This document shows positions 19,463-30,418 of a stretch of DNA of 64,000 nt, piece by piece. The position numbers and the translations under genes are program-made. How positions within the stretch are numbered: the first letter of the stretch is position 1; the number at the start of each line of letters is the position of its first letter. Where the stretch lies: assembly GCA_050173015.1 (NCBI GenBank), contig JBFXLE010000002.1, positions 1 to 64,000 on the forward strand, written 5' to 3'. The notes below the pieces were generated by a model. That model searched no databases. It was not told the origin of the DNA and worked only from the letters and a program-made list of their open reading frames with translations. Origin of the DNA: Calditrichaceae bacterium. GTDB taxonomy: Bacteria > Calditrichota > Calditrichia > Calditrichales > JBFXGD01.

Positions 19463-22400
19463 ATGCGCGATTTAATTAAAACCTTTATCAAATATCCGGT
19501 TCTTGGCAATGCCCTGGTCGTCGTGATTCTTTTATTTGGATATATCGGTCTTAAAAGTCTGAATACGACATTTTTTCCAAACATACCGAGTAAATATATT
19601 ATTATCCAGGCTGTATATCCCGGCGCTTCTCCCGAAGAAATTGAGGAGGGAATAACCCTAAAAATAGAAGATAATCTCAAAGGTATTACCGGGGTTGAGA
19701 GGGTAACATCTAAATCCAGTGAGAATTTTGCGTCTATTTCAGTCGAACTTAAAACCGGAACCGACGCCAATGACTTGCTTCAGGAAGTAAATAATGCAGT
19801 GAATCAGATTGGTTCTTTTCCCGTTGGAATGGAAAAAATTTCTGTATTTAAACAAGAAATGATGGATTTTGTTTTATCGTTCGCCGTCAATGGAAATGTG
19901 GATTTAAAGACACTAAAATCTACCGCGCGACGCATCGAACGCGATCTTCGAAATGAATTTGGCATCACAAAAATTGAATTGAGCGGATTTCCCGATGAAG
20001 AGATCGAAATCAGCTTTAGAGAAGATGATCTCCGCGCGTATGGATTAACATGGAGTGAAGCCGCATCTGCCATAAGCACAGGTAATCTTAAAATTACCGG
20101 CGGCAAAATTAAAGGAACAGTAGAAGAACTTCAAATCAGAGCGGATAATAAAGGATATTACGCTACGGATTTGGGGAAACTTTATTTAATGACCACTTCA
20201 TCCGGAACAATTATTCGGTTAAAGGATGTAGCCGATGTGAGTGATAAATGGTCGGAAGATCCTAACCGATCCTATTATAATGGTAAACGGGCAGTCATCA
20301 TTGATGTAAATAAAACCAATGATCAGGACATGTTTTATATCGCCGCGGAGGTTAAGGAGTACATTAACCTTTTTAATGAGAATAATGATGACATACATCT
20401 TGATATACTTAATGATGGATCAAGTATCGTTCAGGAGCGCATCGATATCCTATCTCAAAACGGATATCTTGGTATGTTCCTGGTCGTTTTATTTTTGGGC
20501 TTGTCTTTAAATCCCAGAATGTCTTTTTGGGTTGCTCTCAGTATTCCGATCGCGTTTGCGGGAATGTTCATGATTAGTCCGTTTTATGGTATGACCATAA
20601 ATGTTATGTCATTAATGGCCATGATTCTTGTCATAGGGATACTGGTTGATGACGGGATTGTCATAGCGGAAAATATTTATCAGTATTATGAAAGAGGTGA
20701 AAAACCTTTAAAGGCCGCGCTGGATGGCACTTTAGACGTACTGCCATCTGTTATTTCCGGGGTTTTGACAACGGTGGTCATTTTTACAACTTTTTTCTTC
20801 CTTGAGGGAGGTCTCGGGGACAGAACAAAAGACATAGCATTTGTCGTGATTGTATCTCTCTTGATCTCTTTAGTGGAAGCGACTTTTATCCTTCCGGCTC
20901 ATATTGCTCACTCAAAAGCATTGAAGTCAAAAGGGAAAAAGAAAAGCCGTTTTCAGGAAATATCTGAAAGTGTATTATTTTGGCTAAGGGACAGGGCATA
21001 TGCTCCTGCGTTAAAGTTCACGCTAAATAATCCGGTTATCGCGATTGCAATTCCCATTGCTATGATGATAATCACCATAGGTGCCTTAAGGGGCAGTATC
21101 ATAAAAACAACCTTCTTTCCCATAATTGAGAGAAATGAGGTAACGGTTTCTTTTGAGATGCCCGCCGGAACCAGGGATACCGTGACAGATAGTTTACTTA
21201 CAATTATGGAGAATAACGCGTGGAAGGTAAATGATATTTACCGAGAAACTCACGCAGAAGGGCCGGATCTTATACCTTCTATTTCGAGACAGATTGGAAG
21301 CGGCGCCCATCAGGGGAAATTGCGTATAGCGCTTCTCGAAAGTCAGAGCCGGGATGTATCGAGTATGGAAATAACAAATATGTTACGTGATCAAATAGGT
21401 AAAATTGACGGCGCGGAAAAACTTCAGGTGGGAGGAAGCACCAGCCATTGGGGTATGCCGGTTTCCGTTACATTAAGAAGTGATCAGATAGACCAACTTC
21501 GAAACGCGAAAGAAGCCTTAAAAGCGGAATTGAGAAAAGTTCAAAAATTGAAAGATGTGGTTGATAACGATCCGCTGGGGATGAGAGAAATTAAAATAAA
21601 TCTGAAGGACAAGGCATATGGATTAGGATTGACATCATCGATAGTCATGGATCAGATCAGAAGCGGGTTTTATGGTAAGGAAGCACAACGGCTTCAGAGA
21701 GGTCTTGACGAAGTACGTATCTGGGTTAGATATGACGAGCAGGATCGCTCTAGCATTAGAAATCTTGAGAAAATGCGGATTCGTCTGAACGATGGACGTT
21801 CCTATCCGCTCGGTGAAATAGCCGATTTAACAGTTCAAAGAGGTGTAATGTCCATTTCCCACATAGATGCTCAGAGAGTTGTGACGGTGGAGGCAGATAT
21901 TGCAAATCAGAATGAATCGGTTCCGGATATCATTAGTGAAATAGCTGCTGAAATAATGCCCGCGATCGAAAAGAACTATCCGGATGTACAGTTTGATTTT
22001 GAAGGTCAAAACAGGGAAAATACTAAAACAGTCAACGCGATGAGCGCTATTGTCCCCGCCATGATTGTTCTTATGTTCATCATTATTGTATTTACATTCC
22101 GGTCTTTTTTACAGGCAATTATTGTCGTGCTTCTAATACCATTAGCTCTTATAGGTGTTGCCTGGGGGCATTTCATTCAGGGCTATATCGTCAGTATGTT
22201 GTCCGTATTCGGCATGATCGCCCTTATCGGAATTGTCGTTAATGATTCTCTGGTCTTCATTAACGCGATGAATAATAAGATGAAAAAGGGAGCCGCTTTC
22301 CTGGACGCTCTTTTTGATACCGGAATAAGCCGCTTCAGGCCTGTACTATTGACATCTTTGACCACAATCGCCGGCGTCGGTCCACTGATGTTCAGTAAAA

Positions 22401-22615
22401 GCCATCAGGCGCAATTTTTATCGCCTATGGCGATATCGGTCGCCTACGGATTATTTATAGCCACATTTGTAACGCTGCTTGTGTTGCCGGCGCTTCTGAT
22501 TGTGCTGAATAGCAGTAAAGTATGGGTGCTGGGATTGATAAGAAACAGCAAGCCGAGCCGGGAATCGGTTGAACCGGCCATCCGCGAAGATATATTCGCA
22601 GCCGAGAGTGAATAA
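19463..22615 (+). CDS. RND efflux permease (AcrB/CzcA family)
   Basis: YPGASPEEIE, GILVDDGIVIAENI, GIVVNDSLV, SRFRPVLLTSLTT. Confidence 0.95.
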   Translation: MRDLIKTFIKYPVLGNALVVVILLFGYIGLKSLNTTFFPNIPSKYIIIQAVYPGASPEEIEEGITLKIEDNLKGITGVERVTSKSSENFASISVELKTGTDANDLLQEVNNAVNQIGSFPVGMEKISVFKQEMMDFVLSFAVNGNVDLKTLKSTARRIERDLRNEFGITKIELSGFPDEEIEISFREDDLRAYGLTWSEAASAISTGNLKITGGKIKGTVEELQIRADNKGYYATDLGKLYLMTTSSGTIIRLKDVADVSDKWSEDPNRSYYNGKRAVIIDVNKTNDQDMFYIAAEVKEYINLFNENNDDIHLDILNDGSSIVQERIDILSQNGYLGMFLVVLFLGLSLNPRMSFWVALSIPIAFAGMFMISPFYGMTINVMSLMAMILVIGILVDDGIVIAENIYQYYERGEKPLKAALDGTLDVLPSVISGVLTTVVIFTTFFFLEGGLGDRTKDIAFVVIVSLLISLVEATFILPAHIAHSKALKSKGKKKSRFQEISESVLFWLRDRAYAPALKFTLNNPVIAIAIPIAMMIITIGALRGSIIKTTFFPIIERNEVTVSFEMPAGTRDTVTDSLLTIMENNAWKVNDIYRETHAEGPDLIPSISRQIGSGAHQGKLRIALLESQSRDVSSMEITNMLRDQIGKIDGAEKLQVGGSTSHWGMPVSVTLRSDQIDQLRNAKEALKAELRKVQKLKDVVDNDPLGMREIKINLKDKAYGLGLTSSIVMDQIRSGFYGKEAQRLQRGLDEVRIWVRYDEQDRSSIRNLEKMRIRLNDGRSYPLGEIADLTVQRGVMSISHIDAQRVVTVEADIANQNESVPDIISEIAAEIMPAIEKNYPDVQFDFEGQNRENTKTVNAMSAIVPAMIVLMFIIIVFTFRSFLQAIIVVLLIPLALIGVAWGHFIQGYIVSMLSVFGMIALIGIVVNDSLVFINAMNNKMKKGAAFLDALFDTGISRFRPVLLTSLTTIAGVGPLMFSKSHQAQFLSPMAISVAYGLFIATFVTLLVLPALLIVLNSSKVWVLGLIRNSKPSRESVEPAIREDIFAAESE

Positions 22616-22650
22616 ATTAATGTTTAATTTCAACTATTAAGGTCTCTAAA

Positions 22651-23940
22651 ATGAATCGTATATTATATGTTCTCCTATTCATGCTTGTATCAGTCTCAGT
22701 GTCCCGGGTTGACGGGCAGGAATTGTTGACAATTCAGGACGCGGTGAATATCGCGCTGGAAAATAATCATGGCATTCTCGTTTCACGGAATAATGAATCT
22801 GCCAGTAAAAATAATATTCATCTGGGAAACGCCGGAATGCTCCCAAAAATTGATGTAGTCGCGTCAACCTATTATAACGACAATGAAGTGGAAACAACCC
22901 CGGGAACGGTGAATCAATCAACCACTTCCAATGCGGCGTCAATACAGTTAAATTATAATATATTTAACGGATTCGCGGATTTATACAGCTACAAAAAATT
23001 AAAAAATTCCGGAGAAATATCTACTTTGCAGACAAGGGCGACCATTGAAAATACTCTTCTTCAGGTAAGCAGCGCATATTTTGATGTAGCCCGCGCGATG
23101 GAGAGTATGAAAATCGCGAAAGAGGCTTTGGCAATTTCAAATGAAAGAATGGAGAGGGCTAAAAACAGATCAGTTTATGGCCAGGCAAATTCAATCGATG
23201 TCCTGAGCGCTCAGGTTGATCTGAACGCGGACAGCGTTTCGTTTGTAAATACACAACTGACTCTTGACCGTTCTGAGAGAAATCTGAATCTGCTGTTAAA
23301 TCGTCCGCTGGATGAAAGATTTACGGTTGATGCCAATGTTTCATTTACCAGGGAATACAATATTGAAGAACTGCTTGAAGATGGGCAGAAATTCAATGCG
23401 TCATATCTGATACAATCAGCTCAACTGAGGCAATCAACATTTGATCATAAAATCGCGGCATCGGCGTATATGCCGCAATTAAATTTACAGTCATCTTATG
23501 GTTATACCGATTTGAATGATGAGTTAAATATCAATCTGGACGCGCCGGACAGGAATTTTCAGGTGGGGCTGTCGGTGAGCATTAACTTATTTAATGGCTT
23601 TCAGAACAATATCCGCAGGCAGAACGCGGGGATTGAAGTTAAAAATCAGCAATTACTCATGGATGAAAATCTGAAAATTCTGAAAACAGAGCTAACGAAT
23701 ACCTGGCAGACATACCAAAACAGCATATATATACTTGATATCCAGCGGAGAAATCTCTCTTCAGCGGAATTGAATTTCGAACGAACAAAAGAATTATATA
23801 ATTTGGGGCAGGTGACAACCACACAGTTCAGGGAGGCTCAACTGAATTTGATTAGGGCCAGAAACGATATTATTACAGCCACATTTGACGCGAAATTGAA
23901 TGAGATTGAATTGCTGCGTTTGAGCGGGCAGTTGATATAG
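22651..23940 (+). CDS. TolC-family outer membrane efflux protein
   Basis: Signal peptide, A..IALENN, LPKID, AYFDV, repeated helical pattern. Completes the tripartite pump. Confidence 0.92.
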   Translation: MNRILYVLLFMLVSVSVSRVDGQELLTIQDAVNIALENNHGILVSRNNESASKNNIHLGNAGMLPKIDVVASTYYNDNEVETTPGTVNQSTTSNAASIQLNYNIFNGFADLYSYKKLKNSGEISTLQTRATIENTLLQVSSAYFDVARAMESMKIAKEALAISNERMERAKNRSVYGQANSIDVLSAQVDLNADSVSFVNTQLTLDRSERNLNLLLNRPLDERFTVDANVSFTREYNIEELLEDGQKFNASYLIQSAQLRQSTFDHKIAASAYMPQLNLQSSYGYTDLNDELNINLDAPDRNFQVGLSVSINLFNGFQNNIRRQNAGIEVKNQQLLMDENLKILKTELTNTWQTYQNSIYILDIQRRNLSSAELNFERTKELYNLGQVTTTQFREAQLNLIRARNDIITATFDAKLNEIELLRLSGQLI

Positions 23941-23963
23941 ATTATTTGGGTATTAGGTTTTGT

Positions 23964-24346
23964 AAAATGAGTGTCATTTTCATTTAGCCGCCAAAGATGG
24001 ACATGTGGAGATTCCTTATATTTTCCATTGCCCTTATTTCTCTCCCGATTTCATCGATCTAAAGCTCGGGCGGCTTGGCCATAAGAATAACTTCGAAGGC
24101 TTCCTTTGCGATGATGACCGCCATGCCGGAGACGGCATCGCTGAATAAATGCAGGTATGCGGAGATGATAATCATACTACCGCGCGCTCCTTCTTTCAGA
24201 AGAAGGGTGCCGATGATATTTGCCAGCAGTCCCCCGGAGTCAACGATGATCATCATTTCTATCGCAGTGATTAAGAAGTTAAGCGGCATAGTGAAGATAA
24301 GCCGCGCTGTTAATTTGAAATGTTTTGCATGTGTATGGGCGGACAT
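23964..24346 (-). pseudogene. Degraded CDF transporter gene
   Basis: Collinear pieces match the CDF at 13389 (LNFLIT, ANIIGTLLL, AYLHLFSD, KEA.EV). After TAG and a frameshift it reads VHLWRLNENDTHF. Confidence 0.85.
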
Positions 24347-24804
24347 GGGGATTTCCGTAAATTTATTCTCTTAAATTCTTATCCCGACCGCATTAAAACA
24401 TGGATATCTCAGAAGTCAGTATTAATATGAATTAGTTGCCCATCAATATTATGTATAGTTTTATGAAACTCCAACCGCACAGATATATAATAAAAAATGA
24501 TGATTGTTGGTAATTCCGGTCTTTTTTATCAAAAATGATTTCGGCAAAGTTTAATTCGACGAGTAAACATAAAAAAAGAAAATCTATGATTGAATTCTCT
24601 TGCTTTTTGCCTAATTTTTTTGCATTTTCTTGCGCGGTATGATCAACGAAAATTTTATAAAAACCTACTCCGCGAATCGTATATCTCTGAAAATTTGCGC
24701 TCAAATTTTCAATTGCCGGCATTTCTTCAAAATAATTTTACAAATGCAACCCGTTATTTTATCACTCAATTTTTTGATGATTTATTAAGGAAAGATAATC
24801 CGGT

Positions 24805-26100
24805 ATGAGAATTCTTTTGGTAAATGGCCTTCTGGATGGAAAAACACTTTGTAATATCTTAATTGATAATGAGCGAATCGCCTATATTGGTGATGAAACG
24901 CCCCCCCACGATCAGTCTATGGATTTAAATAAAAAACTGATTTTACCCGGCCTGATAGATCCTCATACGCATATGCGGGATATGGAATTATCCCTTAAAG
25001 AAGATTGGGAAACGGGTTCAAAAGCTGCCGCTGCGGGAGGCGTTACCACCATTTTTGACATGCCGAACACACGTCCCGCCACTTTCGATGTTGAGAGTCT
25101 GGAAATAAAAAGGAAAGCCGCCGTAAAATCGATCGTGAATTACGGATTTAATTTCGGGGTAACCGAGAAAAATCTGGGTGAAATTGAAAAGGCGAGGAAC
25201 ATACCCGCCCTGAAAATGTTTATGGCTGAATCCAGTTCCGGTTATGTGATCGACACAAAAAAAATGATAAAAAAAGTTTTTAGGCTGGCTCAACAGATCA
25301 ATAAACCGGTGATCGTACATAGTGAACTTCAGTCATGCGTGGAAGCGCACAGTAAAAAATATCAGCCTGTTATCGGAAATCATAATCATATCAGAAACAG
25401 GGAATGCGCCGTAAAATCCACAGAAATCCTGCTGGATGCCGCCGGGGAAACGAACGCGGCGCTGTATCTGGCGCATGTATCGACCAGGGAAGAAATCATG
25501 CTGATTCGACAGGCAAAACAGAACGGTCTTAAAAATGTATATTGTGAAATTACACCTCACCATCTGTTGATCAACGAATCGGTTCTTGGAACCGCGGGTA
25601 ATTTTGGAAAGGTGAATCCGCCGTTGAGGACAGCCGATGACAACGACGCCCTCTACGAAGGTTTGCTGGACGGAACGGTCGATACAATAGGGTCAGATCA
25701 CGCTCCTCATACTCTCGCGGAGAAGCAACAAGCTTATACCTTGGCGCCTTCCGGTTTCCCCGGGTTGGAAACCACCCTTCCGCTTCTTTTTACTGAGGTG
25801 GATAAAGGCCGGTTACCAATGACAAAACTAATCGAATTGACATCTCACAATCCGGCTTTGATCTTTAAGATTAAGAACCGTGGTGAGATTCGCGTGGGCG
25901 CTTACGCTGATCTGGCCATCCTCGATCCGAAAATTTCCGGTCTTGTTGATGCGGGTAAATTTTATACAAAGGCGCGTTATTCCCCATATCAGGGGTACCG
26001 GGTTCATGGAAAAGTATCTATGACTTTTGTAAACGGAAACATCGTTTTCAGAAATGATCAGTTCTCAAAAGATAAAGGAAAAGAAGTTGAATTCAGATAA
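24805..26100 (+). CDS. pyrC: Dihydroorotase
   Basis: PGLIDPHTHMR, DMPNT, CEITPHHL, KVNPPLR, GSDHAPH. Confidence 0.92.
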   Translation: MRILLVNGLLDGKTLCNILIDNERIAYIGDETPPHDQSMDLNKKLILPGLIDPHTHMRDMELSLKEDWETGSKAAAAGGVTTIFDMPNTRPATFDVESLEIKRKAAVKSIVNYGFNFGVTEKNLGEIEKARNIPALKMFMAESSSGYVIDTKKMIKKVFRLAQQINKPVIVHSELQSCVEAHSKKYQPVIGNHNHIRNRECAVKSTEILLDAAGETNAALYLAHVSTREEIMLIRQAKQNGLKNVYCEITPHHLLINESVLGTAGNFGKVNPPLRTADDNDALYEGLLDGTVDTIGSDHAPHTLAEKQQAYTLAPSGFPGLETTLPLLFTEVDKGRLPMTKLIELTSHNPALIFKIKNRGEIRVGAYADLAILDPKISGLVDAGKFYTKARYSPYQGYRVHGKVSMTFVNGNIVFRNDQFSKDKGKEVEFR

Positions 26101-27487
26101 ACGTAAACTCATCCTGTTCCTGTTTAATTCAGGCGCTGTTAAATTTGGAAATTTCAAACTAAAATCAGGGTATGAATCGCCATTTTATATTGATCTCCGT
26201 GGAATAATCTCTCATCCTGAAATGATGAATCTAATCGGAAATCTACTTGAAAATGCGGTGGCGGATAAAACTTTCGATATGATAACCGGGATTCCTTATA
26301 CCGCCCTGCCTGTCGCGTCAATCCTCGCTTCCAAACTGAACACCCCCTTAATCTACCAGAGAAAAGAGGCAAAAGCGTATGGTACCGGTAAGCTGATTGA
26401 AGGTGTTTATCAAAAAGGCGATGTTTGTCTGGTGATCGATGACGTAATGACAACAGGAGAAAGCAAAATTGAAACCGCGCAGGCGTTTCAGGATGCGGGA
26501 ATTCTAGTGAGAGACTTTATTATTGTTATTGACCGCAGTTTTGAAAACGGGGCATCGCTGGAGAAAAAAGGCTACCAGGTTACTTCGATTCTCACTATCA
26601 GAGAAATGGCGGAAGTACTTGCCCATGAAGGGTTAATTACACAGGAACAGCATCAAACGGTAATCAGGTATCTCGAAAGCGGAGATGTTCCTGAAACAAT
26701 TAATCTCAAAGCAAGAAGTGAGATGTCGTCAAACGCGCTCACCAAAAAATTAGTTGATCTGATGCTAAGAAAAAAATCAAATCTTGTGCTTAGTCTGGAT
26801 GTGGATAATTCTGACCAATTCTTCAGAATTCTTGAAAAAACGGCATCGGAAATTATCATGCTAAAAACGCATATTGATATACTTACTGATTTTTCCCCGG
26901 ACTTCGTAAAGAGATTATTAAGAATGGCTGATGAATATCAGTTCCTGATTTTTGAAGACCGGAAATTTGCCGACATCGGCAGCACAGTCCGTAAACAGTA
27001 CCGGGAGGGTATCTACAAAATTGCTGAATGGGCGCATTTTGTGACCGTCCACGGCATTACAGGACCCGCGATTATTGACGGTTTATTTGACGGGGTTGGA
27101 CCAAACCGCGGCTGCTTTATGCTGGCGGCGATGTCCGCAAAAGACAATCTCATTTCCGATAATTTTACACGAAGAGTCCTTGAAATCGGTGCTGACAAAA
27201 AAGAACATGTGTCCGGATTTATCGGATTTGGTAAAACAGAGGAAGATCTGATCAAACTAAAAAACAAAATTCCCAGGGATATGTTGTTACTTATGCCCGG
27301 GATCAACATCTCAGCCGAAGGTGATCAACTGGGACAGCAATATATTACAGTCGAACAAGCCGTAAAGGGCGGCGCGGATTGTATTATTGTCGGTCGCGGT
27401 ATTTATGCGTCAGGAAATCCGTTGGAAACAGCGAAAATGTACCGGGAAGAAGGTTGGAAGGCCCTGGAGGCTTCAGGCAAGATATAA
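26087..27487 (+). CDS. pyrEF: Bifunctional OPRT-OMP decarboxylase (UMP synthase, PyrE-PyrF fusion)
   Basis: OPRT: F.LKSG.ESPFYIDLR, VIDDVMTTGESK. OMPDC: KTHID, FEDRKFADIG, GQQY, IIVGRGI. TTG start inferred after AAGGA. Confidence 0.93.
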   Translation: MNSDKRKLILFLFNSGAVKFGNFKLKSGYESPFYIDLRGIISHPEMMNLIGNLLENAVADKTFDMITGIPYTALPVASILASKLNTPLIYQRKEAKAYGTGKLIEGVYQKGDVCLVIDDVMTTGESKIETAQAFQDAGILVRDFIIVIDRSFENGASLEKKGYQVTSILTIREMAEVLAHEGLITQEQHQTVIRYLESGDVPETINLKARSEMSSNALTKKLVDLMLRKKSNLVLSLDVDNSDQFFRILEKTASEIIMLKTHIDILTDFSPDFVKRLLRMADEYQFLIFEDRKFADIGSTVRKQYREGIYKIAEWAHFVTVHGITGPAIIDGLFDGVGPNRGCFMLAAMSAKDNLISDNFTRRVLEIGADKKEHVSGFIGFGKTEEDLIKLKNKIPRDMLLLMPGINISAEGDQLGQQYITVEQAVKGGADCIIVGRGIYASGNPLETAKMYREEGWKALEASGKI

Positions 27488-27578
27488 TTTAGAAGAATAA
27501 TTTTGCCGGATATTGATTGTTTAATTTTTGAATTCAAAATCGGCAATACAGAACATACAAAGCAAATCAGGAGACCAT

Positions 27579-28484
27579 ATGAGAAATTTGATCTCGATGA
27601 GAGATTTAAGCAAATCTGAAATACTGGATTTGATTGAACTCGCCGGACGGATCGAATCCGGAAAAATCAGGCCGGATTTATCGGGAAAAGTGATGGCTTC
27701 GTTATTTTACGAATCATCTACGCGAACACAGCTTTCTTTTGACACAGCGATGAAGAGGTTAAGAGGTGAAGTGATTTCCATGATCGGGACAAAAGGTACA
27801 TCGGTTGAGAAAGGGGAGTCGCTGGCCGACACGGTAAAAATAATCAATCAATACGCGGATATCATTGTGATGCGCCATTTTATTGAGGGCTCGGCAAGAT
27901 ATATCACCGAGCATGTGACGATACCGGTAGTAAATGCCGGAGACGGCGCCAATCAGCATCCGACCCAATCCCTTCTGGATATGTATTCAATCAAAAAAAC
28001 TCAGAAAAAGCTGGATAACCTGAAAATCGCTCTTCTCGGTGACCTGAAATACGGCAGAACGGTGCATTCGCTTGTGTACGCGCTCTCCGACTTCAAACCT
28101 GAGTTTTACTTTATTTCACCACCGTCCCTGGCTATGCCGGCATACATAAAGAAAGATTTGAGCGACAAAAAAATTGTTTACCATGAGGGACAGGCAATCG
28201 AAGATGTTATTAATCCCCTGGATATTTTATATGTGACCCGCATCCAGCGTGAAAGATTTGCCGATCCTGAAGAATATGAGAAGGTTAAAAATACCTATAT
28301 TCTAAAATCCGCCATGCTCGCAAAAGTAAAAGAGAATTTAAAAATTCTGCACCCGCTGCCCAGAGTAAACGAAATAAGCGTGGACGTTGATACAACACCG
28401 TATGCCTATTATTTCCAACAGGCGAAAAACGGCGTTTTTATGCGCCAGGCGATCTTAACCAAATTATTAGGAGGTGATGCATGA
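27579..28484 (+). CDS. pyrB: Aspartate carbamoyltransferase catalytic subunit
   Basis: SSTRT, NAGDG..QHPTQ, GDLKYGRTVHS, HPLPR. Confidence 0.97.
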   Translation: MRNLISMRDLSKSEILDLIELAGRIESGKIRPDLSGKVMASLFYESSTRTQLSFDTAMKRLRGEVISMIGTKGTSVEKGESLADTVKIINQYADIIVMRHFIEGSARYITEHVTIPVVNAGDGANQHPTQSLLDMYSIKKTQKKLDNLKIALLGDLKYGRTVHSLVYALSDFKPEFYFISPPSLAMPAYIKKDLSDKKIVYHEGQAIEDVINPLDILYVTRIQRERFADPEEYEKVKNTYILKSAMLAKVKENLKILHPLPRVNEISVDVDTTPYAYYFQQAKNGVFMRQAILTKLLGGDA

Positions 28485-28930
28485 GAACGCTTAAAGTAGA
28501 TCCCATCGTCAGCGGAACGGTAATAGATCACATCCCGGCAAATCGCGCCTTGAGCGTGATCAGTATCATCAAACCGAATGATACTGATGTGGTTACGGTC
28601 GGAATGAATTTCGCCAGCAAAAAATTCGGTAAAAAGGATATCGTAAAGATTGAGGGACGGGAATTAACCTCTGATGAGGTAAACAGCATCGCGCTGGTGG
28701 CTCCCACGGCGAGAATCAGCATCATAAGGGATTTTGAAGTTATCAAAAAGTTAATGGTTGAGATTCCGGATACCATACAAAGCCTTGTCATTTGTCCAAA
28801 TCCGAATTGTGTGACAAACCATGAAGACATTTCCACCATATTTGATGTCGTATCCAAAAATCCGGTAAAATTGAGATGTAAATACTGTGAACGTGTTTTT
28901 GATATTGATGATATGAAGATGGAAAAATAG
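28481..28930 (+). CDS. pyrI: Aspartate carbamoyltransferase regulatory subunit
   Basis: GTVIDHI, KDIVKIE, CPNPNC...CKYC. Confidence 0.96.
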   Translation: MRTLKVDPIVSGTVIDHIPANRALSVISIIKPNDTDVVTVGMNFASKKFGKKDIVKIEGRELTSDEVNSIALVAPTARISIIRDFEVIKKLMVEIPDTIQSLVICPNPNCVTNHEDISTIFDVVSKNPVKLRCKYCERVFDIDDMKMEK

Positions 28931-28961
28931 CCGGTTTTTTAGTTAGAAGATATAATCAAAA

Positions 28962-28996
28962 AAAAGAGGCTGTCCCCCAAAAGGGCAGCCTCTTTT
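28962..28996. terminator. Bidirectional intrinsic terminator
   Basis: AAAAGAGGCTGTCC...GGGCAGCCTCTTTT between convergent pyrI and the HIT gene. Confidence 0.85.
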
Positions 28997-29000
28997 ATTA

Positions 29001-29351
29001 TTAACCCGGAGGCCACATCAATCTTCGTCCACCCAGGATGTGAAGATGAAAGTGAAAAATGCTTTGCCCGGCGTCTTTTCCTTCGTTAAGTACAATCCGG
29101 TAACCTTTTTCGAGCAGATTCATTTTTTGAGCTAAATCCTCTGCGATTTCCATCATCTTGCCGAGAAGATGCGAATTTTTTTCAGTAAAATCTGTCAGAT
29201 GAACAATATGGTCCTTGGGAACAATGAGCAGATGGACAGGTGCCTGAGGATTGATATCCCAAAAAACAGCAAGTTCGTCATCTTCGTATTCCATTTCGCA
29301 AGGCATTTTCTTAGCAACAATCTTACAGAAGACACAATCATCAAATGCCAA
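29001..29351 (-). CDS. Histidine triad nucleotide-binding protein
   Basis: DCVFCKI, DINPQAPVH, HFHLH, WPPG. Confidence 0.95.
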   Translation of the reverse strand: MAFDDCVFCKIVAKKMPCEMEYEDDELAVFWDINPQAPVHLLIVPKDHIVHLTDFTEKNSHLLGKMMEIAEDLAQKMNLLEKGYRIVLNEGKDAGQSIFHFHLHILGGRRLMWPPG

Positions 29352-30081
29352 TGTTAACCTCCTTTTGCTGTTGGATATATAATTGAATTGCTGATATCGC
29401 GGTTATTGCGGCTGTTTCGGCTCTTAACCGGTTCTTCCCGAGCGAGATCGGTAAAAAAGAAGTTTCAGTCAATAGTTGGATCTCACGATCGGAAAAACCG
29501 CCTTCCGGGCCAATCGAAATCAAGATACTGCGGTTTTGTTCATTACATTGATGCCGGTTCAGGAATTGTAAAAGCGCCGGGAATTCTGAAGAAACCGCGG
29601 CAATCTTATGGTTATATTCGTAGGTGGCCTGAATGAACTCATCGAGTGAATGATATACGATTAGTTCGGGCAGATAGTATTGCAGACTTTGTTTCATAGC
29701 CTGTCTCAAAATTTTTTCATATCGGTCTGTATTATCAGAATAATAATTTGAAAACTGGCTTCGGAAAATATAAAATTTTGAGATACCAAGTTCCGTGCCT
29801 TTTTCCAGAGCGAACTCGAGCCGGCTCGGTCGGATAAAACCAATCCCCAGCCCGATCTGCTGTTCCGGCGGAGTATGATATTCGCACTTTTCAATCTTCA
29901 GCACCAAATCCGGTTTTTTACTCTCGATCACTGTTTGATACAGGCTTCCTTTTCCGTCAGTGATCAATATTGTATCACCCGAATTCTTTTTCAGGGATTG
30001 AAGAATGTGCTTTTTTTCAAAATCATCAAGAGTGATATGAGTATCTTTTATATCACCCGGATTTGCAAAGAAAATTTCCAT
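29341..30081 (-). CDS. rsmE: 16S rRNA m3U1498 methyltransferase
   Basis: EKGTELG, IGPEGGFS, LG.NRLRAETA. Confidence 0.93.
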   Translation of the reverse strand: MEIFFANPGDIKDTHITLDDFEKKHILQSLKKNSGDTILITDGKGSLYQTVIESKKPDLVLKIEKCEYHTPPEQQIGLGIGFIRPSRLEFALEKGTELGISKFYIFRSQFSNYYSDNTDRYEKILRQAMKQSLQYYLPELIVYHSLDEFIQATYEYNHKIAAVSSEFPALLQFLNRHQCNEQNRSILISIGPEGGFSDREIQLLTETSFLPISLGKNRLRAETAAITAISAIQLYIQQQKEVNIGI

Positions 30082-30418
30082 TGTAGGGCAAATATCAGAA
30101 ATAAACCAACAAAAAGCAAAGATAATCTGATAAAAAATATTGCCGTTAGCGGGTAAATAATCGATTAAATTATGACATGTTCCGGCTTGGGTGAGAAGCT
30201 CATCAGATTTTTAGGGACCAAACTTTCGGCCGTCCGCAGCTCGATATTATTTTTAAATCTTGCAGGATGCTGTGGTTAAACTTTATTTGTTATCCATTCA
30301 GGGATGTATCTTGATTTTTGGATAATTTGCTTAAAAGAATTATATTTGTTTTTTTAAAAATAAAGACAAGAAATACCGAATAATCAATAATTTTAATAAA
30401 AAAGTGTTGGGAGGAAAA

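Noticed and set aside
24432-24808. ORFs 24432-24722 (-) and 24590-24808 (+), and a possible PyrR attenuator
   Set aside because: AT-rich intergenic DNA with no protein motifs; no PyrR-binding loop or terminator/antiterminator seen.
30160-30310. GC-richer patch between rsmE and kdsA as a possible ncRNA or MITE
   Set aside because: No convincing stems, terminal repeats or second copy in the window.
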